Below are positions 23,367-34,864 of a stretch of 64,000 nucleotides of DNA, in pieces; the first letter of the stretch is position 1; each line of letters starts with the position of its first letter. The notes under the pieces were generated by a model that searched no databases, was not told the origin of the DNA, and was given only the letters and a program-made list of their open reading frames with translations. This stretch comes from an uncultured Gammaproteobacteria bacterium. GTDB lineage: Bacteria; Pseudomonadota; Gammaproteobacteria; Steroidobacterales; Steroidobacteraceae. The stretch spans positions 1,559 to 65,558 of the forward strand of contig CAWJXS010000009.1 in assembly GCA_963846885.1 (NCBI GenBank). Reading direction: 5' to 3'. The position numbers and the translations under genes were made by a program.

Positions 23367-24239
23367 GCCCGCGCTCGCACCCGCACCGGTGCAGGGATTG
23401 TGGAGCGATGCGTGGCAGCGCCTGCGCCGGAGCCGCGCTGCGGTCGTAGCCGCATCACTGTTGTTGCTCGTGATCGCGCTCGCGATCGCGGGACCCTGGC
23501 TCAGCCAGTACACGGTCGAGCAGGTCGACTGGTCGCAGGCAACGCTCGCCACGTCGCCGTCGCTGGCCAACGGGCACTGGTTCGGCACCGATGCGAATGG
23601 TCGCGACCTGTTCGTGCGCGTCTGGATCGGCACGCGCATGTCGCTGCTGGTCGCCTTGCTCGCCACGCTCGTGAGCGTGGTGATCGGCGTGGCGTGGGGC
23701 GCCACGGCCGGCTACCTGGGCGGTCGCGTCGACGACTGGATGATGCGCTTCGTCGACGTGCTCTATGCGCTGCCGTACATGTTCTTCGTGATCATCCTGA
23801 CCGTGGTGTTCGGCCGCAGCCTGGTGCTGATCTTCCTCGCGATCGGCGCGGTGGGATGGCTCACCATGGCGCGCATCGTGCGCGGGCAGGCGCTGGCGCT
23901 GCGGCAACGCGAATTCGTCGAGGCCGCGATCGCGCTCGGCCTGCCGCCGGCGACGATCATCGCGCGGCACATCGTGCCGAACGTGCTCGGCACCGTGATC
24001 GTCTATGCCACGCTCACCGTGCCGCAGGTCATCCTGTTCGAGAGCTTCCTGAGCTTCCTGGGCCTCGGCGTGCAGGAGCCGCTCACCAGCCTGGGGCGGC
24101 TGGTGGCAGAAGGCGCGCTCGAGATGGAAAGCTCGCCGTGGCTGCTGCTCGTGCCTTCGGCTGTGCTGGCCACTGTGCTGCTGTGCCTGAATTTCCTCGG
24201 TGACGGCCTGCGCGACGCGTTGGACCCGAGGCAGCGCAC

Positions 24240-24243
<4 letters not shown>
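23359..24243 (+). CDS. peptide/nickel-type ABC transporter permease (OppC/DppC-like)
   Basis: 294-aa membrane ORF with EFVEAAIALG in the EAA loop. Overlaps the upstream permease. Confidence 0.85.
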
Positions 24244-25261
<1,018 letters not shown>

Positions 25262-25265
<4 letters not shown>

Positions 25266-26056
25266 GTTCGCTGCTGCGCGTCGAAGGCGCAAGCGTGCGC
25301 TACGTGCTGCGCGGAGGCGGCTTGTTGGCGCCGGTGCGTCACCTCGATGCCCTGCAGGATGTATCGATCGAGATTCCCGCAGGCGGCCGCCTCGGTGTCG
25401 TCGGCGAGTCGGGCTCCGGCAAGTCGACGCTGGCGCGCGTGGTCCTCGGCCTGGTACGTGCCGCCGCGGGGCGGGTGCTGTGGCAGGAACGCCCGGTCGA
25501 TTACGACGATGCCGCAGCCATGCGGGCGCTGCGACGCGAGATGCAGGTCGTGTTCCAGGATCCGTTCGGCAGCCTCGATCCGCGCATGACGGCGGGCGAG
25601 GCGGTGGGCGAGGCGTTGCAGGCGCTCGCCGGGCCGGTGCCGTCCGTGGCGGCGCAGGATCGCATCATGGCCGCCCTGGCCGAAGTCGGGCTGGCGCCTT
25701 CGTTGGCCAACCGGTATCCACACCAGCTGAGCGGCGGCCAGTGCCAGCGCGTCGCCATCGCGCGCGCGACCATCGCGCGGCCGCGCCTGCTGGTCTGCGA
25801 CGAGGCCGTGAGTGCGCTCGACGTGTCGGTGCAGGCACAGATCGTCAATCTGCTGCACGAGCTCAGCGAACGGCATGCCATGTCATTGCTGTTCATCAGT
25901 CACAACCTGGCGGTGGTGCGTCACCTGTGTGATCACGTGGCGGTGCTGCAGCGCGGTCGCGTGGTGGAGCAGGGGGCGCGTGCCGCGATCTTCGACGCAC
26001 CGCAGGCGCAGTACACGCGCGACTTGCTGGCTGCCGTACCCCGGCTTCCGTCCTGA
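25262..26056 (+). CDS. ABC transporter ATP-binding protein (OppF-like)
   Basis: GTG 25262 overlaps the upstream TGA (GTGA); the ORF track begins at TTG 25226. Walker A GESGSGKST, signature LSGGQCQR, Walker B LLVCDEAVSALD. Confidence 0.85.
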
Positions 26057-26065
26057 GGCGTCACC

Positions 26066-26599
26066 ATGACTGCACAACCGCGATTCCCGGCCTGGTTGCC
26101 CGTCGCTGCATTGCTGTTCTCGGCGGCGCACCTGGCCTTCGAGCATTTCAATGGCGGCGTGCAAAGCCACCACCTGCTGCAGCGCGCAGACATGCCGTCG
26201 ATCTCGAACTGGCTCGGCCTCGCGATCCTGCCGCTGCTCGGCGTCGTGCTCGGCCTGCGGCTCCGTGCGCAACCAGTGTCTGCGGGCCCGGCAGGCATAC
26301 CACGCACGATCCTCGTCGCATTCGCCGTCGCGCTGCTGTACGGCGCGGCCCTTGCCGTGTCGTTCGAGCTCGGTCCCAACGCCTTTACGTCAGTCGCCTT
26401 CTTCGGTCTCTTCGTGTGTGCGCTGGCGTTTCCCGTGTATCGCGCCGAGTACATCCTGGGTTTCGTCGTTGGCATGACGTTCACCTTCGGAGCCGTGATC
26501 CCGCTGCTCATCGCCCTGGTGGTCGGCACCGTGTCGCTGGTGGCGCGCTATTGCTTCCGTGCGGTGGCAAGGGTGGTTCGCGGCAGGCGGGTTCCGTAG
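26066..26599 (+). CDS. hypothetical integral membrane protein (~5 TM)
   Basis: 177-aa hydrophobic ORF with GC-typical codon usage. No recognisable motif. Confidence 0.55.
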   Translation: MTAQPRFPAWLPVAALLFSAAHLAFEHFNGGVQSHHLLQRADMPSISNWLGLAILPLLGVVLGLRLRAQPVSAGPAGIPRTILVAFAVALLYGAALAVSFELGPNAFTSVAFFGLFVCALAFPVYRAEYILGFVVGMTFTFGAVIPLLIALVVGTVSLVARYCFRAVARVVRGRRVP

Positions 26600-26651
26600 G
26601 GGATTCCCGCGGTTGGCAGCCGCCCGCGGCCTGTGTTTATCTGCCATCCGC

Positions 26652-27377
26652 ATGAACGCCGAACTCCAACTGCTGATGCTGACCGCGGTGGCGATCGGCT
26701 TCGTGCACACGGTCGTCGGGCCGGACCACTACCTGCCGTTCGTCGCGATGGCGAAAGCCCGCAACTGGACCCGCCGCAAGACGATGCTGGTGACCGCCGT
26801 GTGCGGCGTGGGCCACGTGCTGGGCTCGGTCGTCATCGGCCTGGTCGGCATCGTGCTCGGCGCGTCATTGCACCGGCTCGAGTGGTTCGAAGGCCTGCGC
26901 GGCGACCTGGCCGCCTGGGCCCTGATCGCGTTCGGACTGGTCTACATGGCCTGGGGCTTGAAGCAGGCCTGGCGCAGCCGCCGGCACGCCCACGAGCACG
27001 TGCATGCCGACGGCACGCGTCACCGCCATGATCACGGCCACCACACCCGCGACGAGCACGCGCACGTCCATATCGCGCTCGACACCGACAATATCCGCAG
27101 CATCACTCCGTGGGCCCTGTTCGTCATCTTCATCCTGGGTCCCTGCGAGGCCCTGATCCCGCTGCTGATGTACCCGGCCTCGCAGCACAGCTGGTGGGGG
27201 CTCGGCATGGTGGTCTTCGCGTTTGGCGCGACGACGCTCGCAACGATGATGAGCATCGTCTACCTGGCCACGCGCGGGCTCGAGCGCCTGCCGCTGGCGT
27301 CCGCCGAGCGTTACGTCCATGCCCTGGCCGGCGCCGCCCTCAGCCTTTGCGGAGTGGGCATCGTCCTCGGCCTCTGA
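26652..27377 (+). CDS. NicO/RcnA-like metal (Ni/Co) transporter-family membrane protein with a His-rich loop
   Basis: ATG 26652. HTVVGPDHY motif in TM1 and a central loop RRHAHEHVHADGTRHRHDHGHHTRDEHAHVH. Family call is tentative. Confidence 0.55.
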   Translation: MNAELQLLMLTAVAIGFVHTVVGPDHYLPFVAMAKARNWTRRKTMLVTAVCGVGHVLGSVVIGLVGIVLGASLHRLEWFEGLRGDLAAWALIAFGLVYMAWGLKQAWRSRRHAHEHVHADGTRHRHDHGHHTRDEHAHVHIALDTDNIRSITPWALFVIFILGPCEALIPLLMYPASQHSWWGLGMVVFAFGATTLATMMSIVYLATRGLERLPLASAERYVHALAGAALSLCGVGIVLGL

Positions 27378-27435
27378 CTGGTGCGATAATCGCAGGCTGA
27401 ACCCTCCCCAGTTCAGCCCGACAGGCCTCGCGACC

Positions 27436-28704
27436 ATGTCCACCCGTTCCGTCCGTCCCAGCCCCGGTCTCGCCAACGTCCGCTACGAGATCCGCGGCAA
27501 GCTCGCCCGTCGCGCCCAGGAAATGGAGCGCATGGGTTACGACATCGTCTCGCTGAACATCGGCAACCCGGGTGCCTTCGGTTTCCGCACGCCCGAGACG
27601 ATGCGCCTGGCAATGATCGAGAACCTGCGGGCCGCCGAAGGCTACTGCCACCAGAAGGGGATCTTCCCGGCTCGTGAAGCCGTCGTGATGCAGCAGCAGG
27701 AGCGGGGCGTGCGCGGGGTGACGGCCGACGACGTCTTCATCGGCAACGGCGTCAGCGAACTCATCGACCTCACGCTGCGGGCCTTGCTCGCCGCGGACGA
27801 GGAGGTGCTGGTGCCAAGCCCCGACTATCCGTTGTGGACGGCGGCGGTCAACCTGAACCGCGGCAAGGCGGTGCATTATCCCTGCCGGCCCGAGCACGGC
27901 TTCGTGCCCGACCCGGAAGAGATCGAGTCGCTGATCACGAAGCGCACGCGCGCCATCGTCGTGATCAATCCCAACAACCCGACCGGCGCGGTCTATCCGC
28001 GCGCGACGCTCGAAGCGATCGCCCGCATTGCCGAGAAGCACCACCTGGTGGTGTTCGCCGACGAAATCTACGACCAGATGACGTACGACGGCGCCGAGTT
28101 CGTGCCCATGGCCACGCTCGTCCAGCACTCGCTGTGCTGCACGATGAGCGGTCTCTCCAAGGTGTACCGCGCCTGTGGCTACCGCGTGGGGTGGGCGTCG
28201 TTCTCGGGTGACCTCGAGAATTCGCGCGAGTACCTGTCGGCGCTCGAACTGCTGTCGTCATTGCGCCTCTGCAGCAACGTGGCGGGCCAGTGGGCGGTGC
28301 AGACGGCGCTCGGGGGCTACCAGAGCGTCAAGGAGCTGGTGCGCCCCGGCGGACGGCTCTACGAGTCCCGCAGGGCCATCATCGACGCCGTCGCCCGCAG
28401 CAAGTACCTGACGCTGACGCCGCCGCGTGGGGCGCTGTACGCCTTCGTCGGCGTGGATACCCAGCGCCTGCCCGGGTTCGACGACCGCCGGTTCGCCATG
28501 GACCTGCTCGAGCACAAGCACGTGCTGGTCGCGCCGGGCACCAGCTTCAACGTGTCGTACAACACGCATTTCCGCGTCACCAACCTGCCCGAACCCGACG
28601 TGCTGGCCGACGTGTTCAGCCGCATGGAAGAACTGCTGGACAACTACGCGGCCGGCGACCAGCCCGTGTCGCGGCCCACGCCGCTGCGCGCGGTCGAAGT
28701 CTGA
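27436..28704 (+). CDS. PLP-dependent aminotransferase, AlaA/YfbQ-like
   Basis: ATG 27436. IVSLNIGNPGAFGF, VINPNNPTGAVY and the PLP-Lys motif SGLSKVYRACGYRVGW. Confidence 0.9.
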   Translation: MSTRSVRPSPGLANVRYEIRGKLARRAQEMERMGYDIVSLNIGNPGAFGFRTPETMRLAMIENLRAAEGYCHQKGIFPAREAVVMQQQERGVRGVTADDVFIGNGVSELIDLTLRALLAADEEVLVPSPDYPLWTAAVNLNRGKAVHYPCRPEHGFVPDPEEIESLITKRTRAIVVINPNNPTGAVYPRATLEAIARIAEKHHLVVFADEIYDQMTYDGAEFVPMATLVQHSLCCTMSGLSKVYRACGYRVGWASFSGDLENSREYLSALELLSSLRLCSNVAGQWAVQTALGGYQSVKELVRPGGRLYESRRAIIDAVARSKYLTLTPPRGALYAFVGVDTQRLPGFDDRRFAMDLLEHKHVLVAPGTSFNVSYNTHFRVTNLPEPDVLADVFSRMEELLDNYAAGDQPVSRPTPLRAVEV

Positions 28705-28803
28705 AGTTGCGGACTTACCTGAATAGTCATCGATAACCATCAGATAAATAAGGAAATAGCGACCGTCCACGATGACGAGCTCGCGGTTGGCACGACGTAC
28801 GTC

Positions 28804-31419
28804 GTGCCCACTCGGCGTCTTGCCCATTTCCTGCGTGCCCGCCATGACGCCGCCTGCCTGGCACTGGGACGCACCGTCTGGCGCACGCCCGAGGTGCTCA
28901 CCTGGCAGGAACTGCTGCACCGGGGATTCGAGGCGGACCGGGTCAAGGGTCGCACCACGGCCCGCTGGTTACCCGCGAGCCACGCCAGGCTCGTCTGGGA
29001 ACGGCTGGTCCGTGACGGCCTGCTGCTCACGCCCGTGTTGTCCCCAGCCGGCCTCGGCGAGGTCGCCTACCGTTCCTGGAACCTGTTGCACCAGTACCGC
29101 ATCCCGGACACCGCGCTCGACGCTGGCGCGGGGCCCGAGGTGGCCGCCTTTGCGGAGTGGGTCGGTGCTTACCGGAGCTGGCTGCGCCAGGGCGACTGGC
29201 TCGATCCCGCGCAGGCGGCGGCCGCGCTCGGCCCGCTGCCGACTGACACGCCCCTGGTCTTGCTCGGCTTCGACCGCCTGACACCGGAGCAGGCGGCCTT
29301 CGTCGAATCGCAGCGGGTGGCAGGCGTGCCGGTCTCGCTGGGCGAGCCGTTGGCCGATGACGCTGGATTGAGCGCGGTGGTCGTCGAATGCAACGACTTC
29401 GAGGCCGAACTGGCGACTGCCGCGCGATGGGCCGCAACCCGGTTGCAGGCCGAACCTGCGTCGCGGCTGGCGCTCGTCGTGCCCGACCTCGATCGCGAGC
29501 GCAAGCGAGTGCGGCGCGTGCTCGACCGCGTGCTCGTGCCGGGCGCGGCGCTCACCGCCGGGCCCGCGCCGGAGTCGCATGCCTATGAACTCGCCGCGGC
29601 GCGTCCGCTCGTCGAACGTCCGCTGGTGGCTGCCGCCCTCGGCTGGCTCGAGGCAGTCGCGCGCCCCGCCGAACTCGCGGTCGTGAGCAGCCTGCTGCTT
29701 GGACCGTACGACGGCGCGGCGGCGCCCGAAGCGCATGCCCGCGCCGAACTCGACGTCGAATTGCGGCGCACGGCGTTGCCGCAGCCCGGACTCGCCCGCG
29801 TCGCGAGCGAGGCCCGGCGCCTGGGCTGTCCGCAGACTGCCGAGCGCATCGAAGGCGCGCTCGAGCGGACCCGGTCATGGAGCGGGCCACGCCTGCCCAG
29901 CCTGTGGGCCGCCGAGTTCGCGGCGTTGCTGCGCGACCTGGGCTGGCCCGGCGTGGAGCCGACCAGCGCAGAGCACCAGGCGACGCAGCGCTGGCAGGCG
30001 CTGCTGGGTGAGTTCGGCGCGAGCGACGACATTGCGGGCCCGCTGCGGCTTGGCGCGGCATTGAGCCAGTTGCGCGCGCTCGCCACGGACACGGCGTTCG
30101 AGCCGCAGGAGATCGCGGCGCCGCTGCTGGTGATCGATGCGGAAACGGCCACGGGCATGCACTTCGACGCGCTGTGGATCTGCGGCCTCGATGCGGCGCG
30201 CTGGCCGCCACCTGCGACGCCCGACCCGTTCCTGCCGCGCGAATGGCAGGCGCGGCAACGAGTGCCGGGGGCGACGGCCGCGGTGAACGAACAGGCCGCG
30301 CAGCGCACGCTGCTGCGGTTGTCGCACGCGGCACCCACGGTGTTCTGCAGCGTGCCGCGCTTCGAGGACGAGGCGCCGTTGTTGCCGAGTGCACTGGTGG
30401 CAGGCTTGCCGCGCGCAGGCGAACTCGCGTTGTGGACAGGGATCGACGCAACCCAGTCGCAGTTCCTCGCGCGGCCGCCGCTCGTGACAACCTTCGACGG
30501 CCAGCTGCCGGCATTTGCGGAGCACGAGGTGGTCAAGGGCGGCACGCGGCTGCTCGACCTGCAATCGGCGTGTCCGTTCCGGGCAGCGGTCGAACTGCGT
30601 CTTGGTGGGCGGCCACTGGAAGATGCAGTCGCCGGCATCGCACCGACCGAGCGCGGCAAGCTGTTGCACGACGTGCTCGAGGCCTTCTGGCGAGAAGTGC
30701 GCGACCAGGCGACGCTGGCGGCGATGTCGCCTGCAGCGCGCGCGGATCGCGTCCGCGCGTTGACGGTCGCGGTCCTCACGCCATTGCGCGCGACGGCCGA
30801 CGACCTGCGCAGCCGGCTGCTCGACCTCGAGCAGGGCTGGCTCGAGGCGCGCGTGCTCGACCTGATCGCCCGTGACCTCGAGCGCGAGCCGTTCACGGTC
30901 GTGCAGACCGAGGCGGAATGCAGCGTCGATGTCGGCGGCGTGCAGGTCCGCGTCAAGCTCGATCGCGTGGACCGGCTCGCGGATGGCAGTCACGCGGTCA
31001 TCGACTACAAGACCGGTGCGAATGCCAGGCCGGCGGCCTGGATGGGCGAGCGCCCGGAGTCGCCGCAGCTGCCACTGTATGTGCGCGTCGTCGGGCCGGA
31101 GCAGGTGAGCGCCGTGGCCTTCGCCGTCGTTCGCAAAGGCAACACCGGCTACGCGGGCATCGCGCGCGACGGCGCGCCATTTGCGGGACTCAAGCCGTTT
31201 GATCGGGCCAAAGCGCCGTTCAAGGAGTACGCCGACTGGGACGCGCTGATGCGTGAATGGCAACGCCGGCTCGACGTGATCGCACGTGAGCACGCGGCCG
31301 GCGATGCGCGCCTCGCGCCGAACCCCACGCAAGCGTGCCGCTACTGTCATTTGCCGGGACTGTGCCGGTCCGGCCAGGCGTTCCTCGAAGCAGAGGAGGC
31401 CGACGATGCAACCGGCTGA
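28804..31419 (+). CDS. PD-(D/E)XK nuclease-family DNA repair protein (AddB-like partner of the downstream helicase)
   Basis: 871-aa ORF. C-terminal nuclease-type region (VIDYKTG) and terminal Cys cluster (CRYCHLPGLC). The start is uncertain; see findings. Confidence 0.7.
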   Translation: MPTRRLAHFLRARHDAACLALGRTVWRTPEVLTWQELLHRGFEADRVKGRTTARWLPASHARLVWERLVRDGLLLTPVLSPAGLGEVAYRSWNLLHQYRIPDTALDAGAGPEVAAFAEWVGAYRSWLRQGDWLDPAQAAAALGPLPTDTPLVLLGFDRLTPEQAAFVESQRVAGVPVSLGEPLADDAGLSAVVVECNDFEAELATAARWAATRLQAEPASRLALVVPDLDRERKRVRRVLDRVLVPGAALTAGPAPESHAYELAAARPLVERPLVAAALGWLEAVARPAELAVVSSLLLGPYDGAAAPEAHARAELDVELRRTALPQPGLARVASEARRLGCPQTAERIEGALERTRSWSGPRLPSLWAAEFAALLRDLGWPGVEPTSAEHQATQRWQALLGEFGASDDIAGPLRLGAALSQLRALATDTAFEPQEIAAPLLVIDAETATGMHFDALWICGLDAARWPPPATPDPFLPREWQARQRVPGATAAVNEQAAQRTLLRLSHAAPTVFCSVPRFEDEAPLLPSALVAGLPRAGELALWTGIDATQSQFLARPPLVTTFDGQLPAFAEHEVVKGGTRLLDLQSACPFRAAVELRLGGRPLEDAVAGIAPTERGKLLHDVLEAFWREVRDQATLAAMSPAARADRVRALTVAVLTPLRATADDLRSRLLDLEQGWLEARVLDLIARDLEREPFTVVQTEAECSVDVGGVQVRVKLDRVDRLADGSHAVIDYKTGANARPAAWMGERPESPQLPLYVRVVGPEQVSAVAFAVVRKGNTGYAGIARDGAPFAGLKPFDRAKAPFKEYADWDALMREWQRRLDVIAREHAAGDARLAPNPTQACRYCHLPGLCRSGQAFLEAEEADDATG

Positions 31420-34400
31420 CCTGCTGCGTGCCGACGCGCTCGCGCGCGCGACCGCGCTCGACGTGACGCGCAGCTTCATCGTCCAGGCGCCGGCCGGTTC
31501 GGGCAAGACGGAGCTGCTGACGCAGCGCTTCCTCGCGCTGCTCGCCGTCGTCGAATGGCCGGAAGCGCTGCTCGCCATCACCTTCACGCGCAAGGCCGCG
31601 GCCGAAATGCGCAATCGCATCCTGGAGGCGCTGCGCCAGTGCGGCGATGCCAGCTCGAAACTGCGACCCGAGACTCGGGCGCTTGCACGGCGCGTGCTGG
31701 AAGTGGACGCACGGCTGCAGTGGGGCCTGTTGCGCAATCCCAGCCGGCTGCGCGTGCTGACCATCGACTCGCTCAACCAGTCGCTCGCGCGGCGCCTGCC
31801 GGTGCTGTCGGGGCTCGGCGCGGGGCTCGGCATCGACGAGGACGGCAGCAAGCTCCACGAACTGGCAGCCGAGCGGCTGTTGTCGCACCTGCCGTCCGAC
31901 GATCCGCGCACCAGCGAGGCGGTCGCGGTGCTGCTCGAGCATCTCGACAACAACGTCGGCAAGCTGCTCGAGCTCGTGAGCGGCATGCTCGCGCGCCGCG
32001 AAGCCTGGTTGCCGGTGCTGCCGTCCGACGTGACTGCGTACGGCCAGGAGGGCGACGTGCGGGCAACGCTCGAGGCAAGTCGCGCCGCGGTGATCACGGC
32101 GCACCTCGAGCGACTGACCCAGGCCTTTCCGCCGCTGCTGCTCGCCGAACTCTGCGGCCATGCGCAAGGCGCCGCGCAGGTGCTCGCCGCGAACGGCAAG
32201 GAATCATTGATCCGCCAGTGTGGCGCCGGCGTGCCGGGCCCCGCGGTTGCCGACGTCGCGCACTGGCAGGGACTCGCCGAGTTCCTGCTGACCAAGGACA
32301 AGAAAGGCCAGCTGCGCAAGAGTTTCACGGTCGCCGTCGGTGTGTTGCCCAAGGATCCGCGGCGGCCGGAGCTTGCGGCGCTGAAGCAGCGCATCGAAGC
32401 CGCGGTCGAAGAGTTGGCGCGCCACGAGGACGCGATCGAGTTGCTCGCGGCTGCACGGACGCTGCCACCTGCCGTTTACGAGGACGCCGAATGGCGCGTG
32501 CTGCGCTCGCTGTTGCTGGTGCTGCGGCTGGCGGCGGGCGAATTGAAGGCCGCGTTCGCGGAGCGCAAGGCGGCCGACTACCCGGAATTCGCAGCAGCGG
32601 CACGGCAGTCGCTGGGCACGGCCGAGGAGCCGACCGACACCGCGCTGGCACTCGATGCCACGCTCAAGCACGTGCTGGTCGACGAGTTCCAGGACACGTC
32701 CGAAGCGCAGGTGCAGCTGCTCGAGAGCCTCACCGCGGGCTGGACGCCGGACGATGGACGAACACTGTTTGCAGTCGGCGATCCCATGCAGTCGATCTAC
32801 CGCTTCCGCAATGCAGAGGTGGGGCTGTTCCTCCACGTGCGTGACCACGGTCTCGGCGCGCTGCAGCTGGAGCCGCTGACGCTGCGCGTCAATTTCCGGT
32901 CGACGCAGCCCCTGGTCGCGTGGGTCAACGAGTGCTTCTCGCGCGTGCTGCCGGACCGCGACGATCTCCTGCGCGGCGCCGTGCAGTTTGCCGAGAGCGT
33001 CGCCAGCGAGCACGCGGGCGCGGAGGGCGGCGTGCACGTGCATGCCTTCCTGCGCCGCAGCCGGCGTTTCGAGGCCGAGACTGTCGCTGACATCGTCGAG
33101 CGCCGGCTCGGCGAAACCACGGACGCGCGCGTGGCGATACTCGTGCAGGGGCGCAGTCACCTGCTCGACATCGTGGCGGAGCTGGTGCGCCGCGGCATTC
33201 CATTCCAGGCGACTGACATCGATCCGCTGGGCGAGCGTCCCGCGGTGCTCGACCTGCTCGCGCTGACACGCGCGCTGGCGCACCTCGGTGACCGCGCGGC
33301 GTGGCTCGCCGTGCTGCGTGCACCGTGGTGCGGACTGCGCCTGGCCGACTGCCTCGCGGTCCTGGGCGACGACCGCCGCGCCACCACGCTCGGCTTGCTG
33401 CAGGACGCCTCGCGCCGCGACCGGCTCGATGCCGCACCACGGGCGCGGCTCGAGCGTTGCCTGCCCGTGTTCGAACAAGCGCTGCTCGAGCGCCGGCAAC
33501 TCGGGCTGCGCGACGCAGTGGAACGCGCCTGGCATGCGCTCGGTGGCCCCGCCACGCTGGCCGTCGAGCGCGACATCGACGAGGCGCGCGCGTACCTGGA
33601 CGCGCTGGGCGACGTCGAGGCGGAAGCGCCGGGCGCCCCGGTCGACCTCGCACGCCTGGGCGAGGCCCTGCAGGAACTTTATGCACCTGCGCGACCGCAA
33701 CCCGGCACGCGCGTCGAACTGCTGACGATCCACAAGTCGAAGGGCCTGCAATTCGACACGGTGATCGTGCCCGGCCTCGACCGCATCGGCGGCTCCGACA
33801 CGCCGCCGCTGCTGCGCTGGCTGAAGGTGCCGGGGCAGGCTGAGCCCAGCCTGCTGATCGCGCCGATCGCTGCGACCGGTTCCGACGAGGGCAATCCGCT
33901 GCACGCGTGGCTGGGGCGCCTGGAACGCGACAAGCTGTTGCAGGAAAAGCGCCGGCTGCTGTACGTCGCTGCCACGCGGGCCGAACGATCACTGCACCTG
34001 CTGGGATCGTGCGCGGTGGATGCCGACCCGCAGACCGGCGCGCACAAAGTGCGGGTGCCCAACCAGGCGTCCGCGCTCGGGCTGCTTTGGCAGGACCCGC
34101 GTTTCCCCGCGGCCTTCGCGCAGCGGCTCGACGATGTCGATGCCATCGTGGGCGATGACGGCCCGGGTATTCCGCGCGATCCCATCCTGCGCTACCTGCC
34201 GGACGGCTGGCGCGTGCCTGCGCTGCCGGCGGCGCCCGCCATCGAAGTGCGCAACCTTGCTCGCGCGACGACGCCGGCCTCCGTCGAGTTCGACTGGGCG
34301 TCGGAGACGGCGCGCCATGTCGGCACGGTGGTCCATCGCGAACTGCAGTTGCATGCGCGCGGCGAGGGCGTGGCGCCGACGAGCGACTCGATTCGTCGCG

Positions 34401-34843
34401 CGTTGTTGCGTCGCTTCGCCGCTGCGCTCGCCGAGCTCGGCGTCCCGCACGAGCGGCGCGATGCGGCCTCCGCCCGGGTATTGCACGCGCTGAACCTGAC
34501 GCTGGCCGACGAACGCGGTCAGTGGCTGCTGCGCGCGTCGCACCGCGACGCGCAGAGCGAGCTGGCGCTCACGGGCGTGCTCGACCGCGAAGTCGTCAGC
34601 GTCATCGTCGACCGCACGTTCGTCGACGCCGCTGGCACGCGCTGGATCGTCGACTACAAGAGCAGCAGTCACGAAGGCGCGCGACTCGAGGAGTTCCTGG
34701 ACAGCGAACGCGAGCGCTACCGGGGTCAGCTCGAGCGTTACGCCCGGCTGCTGCGTGGTCTCGGTGACGAGCCGATCAGGCTGGGGCTGTACTTTCCGTT
34801 GCTGTCGGCGTGGCGCGAGTGGGAAGCCAGCGGCAATGCGTGA
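31406..34843 (+). CDS. UvrD/REP-family helicase with a C-terminal PD-(D/E)XK nuclease (AddA/RecB-like)
   Basis: ATG 31406 overlaps the upstream gene. Walker A APAGSGKTE, DEFQDTS, C-terminal IVDYKSS nuclease motif. Confidence 0.85.
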   Translation: MQPADLLRADALARATALDVTRSFIVQAPAGSGKTELLTQRFLALLAVVEWPEALLAITFTRKAAAEMRNRILEALRQCGDASSKLRPETRALARRVLEVDARLQWGLLRNPSRLRVLTIDSLNQSLARRLPVLSGLGAGLGIDEDGSKLHELAAERLLSHLPSDDPRTSEAVAVLLEHLDNNVGKLLELVSGMLARREAWLPVLPSDVTAYGQEGDVRATLEASRAAVITAHLERLTQAFPPLLLAELCGHAQGAAQVLAANGKESLIRQCGAGVPGPAVADVAHWQGLAEFLLTKDKKGQLRKSFTVAVGVLPKDPRRPELAALKQRIEAAVEELARHEDAIELLAAARTLPPAVYEDAEWRVLRSLLLVLRLAAGELKAAFAERKAADYPEFAAAARQSLGTAEEPTDTALALDATLKHVLVDEFQDTSEAQVQLLESLTAGWTPDDGRTLFAVGDPMQSIYRFRNAEVGLFLHVRDHGLGALQLEPLTLRVNFRSTQPLVAWVNECFSRVLPDRDDLLRGAVQFAESVASEHAGAEGGVHVHAFLRRSRRFEAETVADIVERRLGETTDARVAILVQGRSHLLDIVAELVRRGIPFQATDIDPLGERPAVLDLLALTRALAHLGDRAAWLAVLRAPWCGLRLADCLAVLGDDRRATTLGLLQDASRRDRLDAAPRARLERCLPVFEQALLERRQLGLRDAVERAWHALGGPATLAVERDIDEARAYLDALGDVEAEAPGAPVDLARLGEALQELYAPARPQPGTRVELLTIHKSKGLQFDTVIVPGLDRIGGSDTPPLLRWLKVPGQAEPSLLIAPIAATGSDEGNPLHAWLGRLERDKLLQEKRRLLYVAATRAERSLHLLGSCAVDADPQTGAHKVRVPNQASALGLLWQDPRFPAAFAQRLDDVDAIVGDDGPGIPRDPILRYLPDGWRVPALPAAPAIEVRNLARATTPASVEFDWASETARHVGTVVHRELQLHARGEGVAPTSDSIRRALLRRFAAALAELGVPHERRDAASARVLHALNLTLADERGQWLLRASHRDAQSELALTGVLDREVVSVIVDRTFVDAAGTRWIVDYKSSSHEGARLEEFLDSERERYRGQLERYARLLRGLGDEPIRLGLYFPLLSAWREWEASGNA

Positions 34844-34864
34844 TCGCGCTGCCGCGACCGTGCG

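Noticed and set aside
27395-27416. Hairpin gctgaac-cctcccca-gttcagc after the metal transporter gene, as a terminator
   Set aside because: A 7-bp stem without a U-tract, lying in the short leader of the aminotransferase gene. Too weak to call.
29583-32394. Several 300-840-aa minus-strand ORFs opposite the AddB/AddA-like genes
   Set aside because: Arg/Pro/Ala-rich junk overlapping well-supported plus-strand genes.
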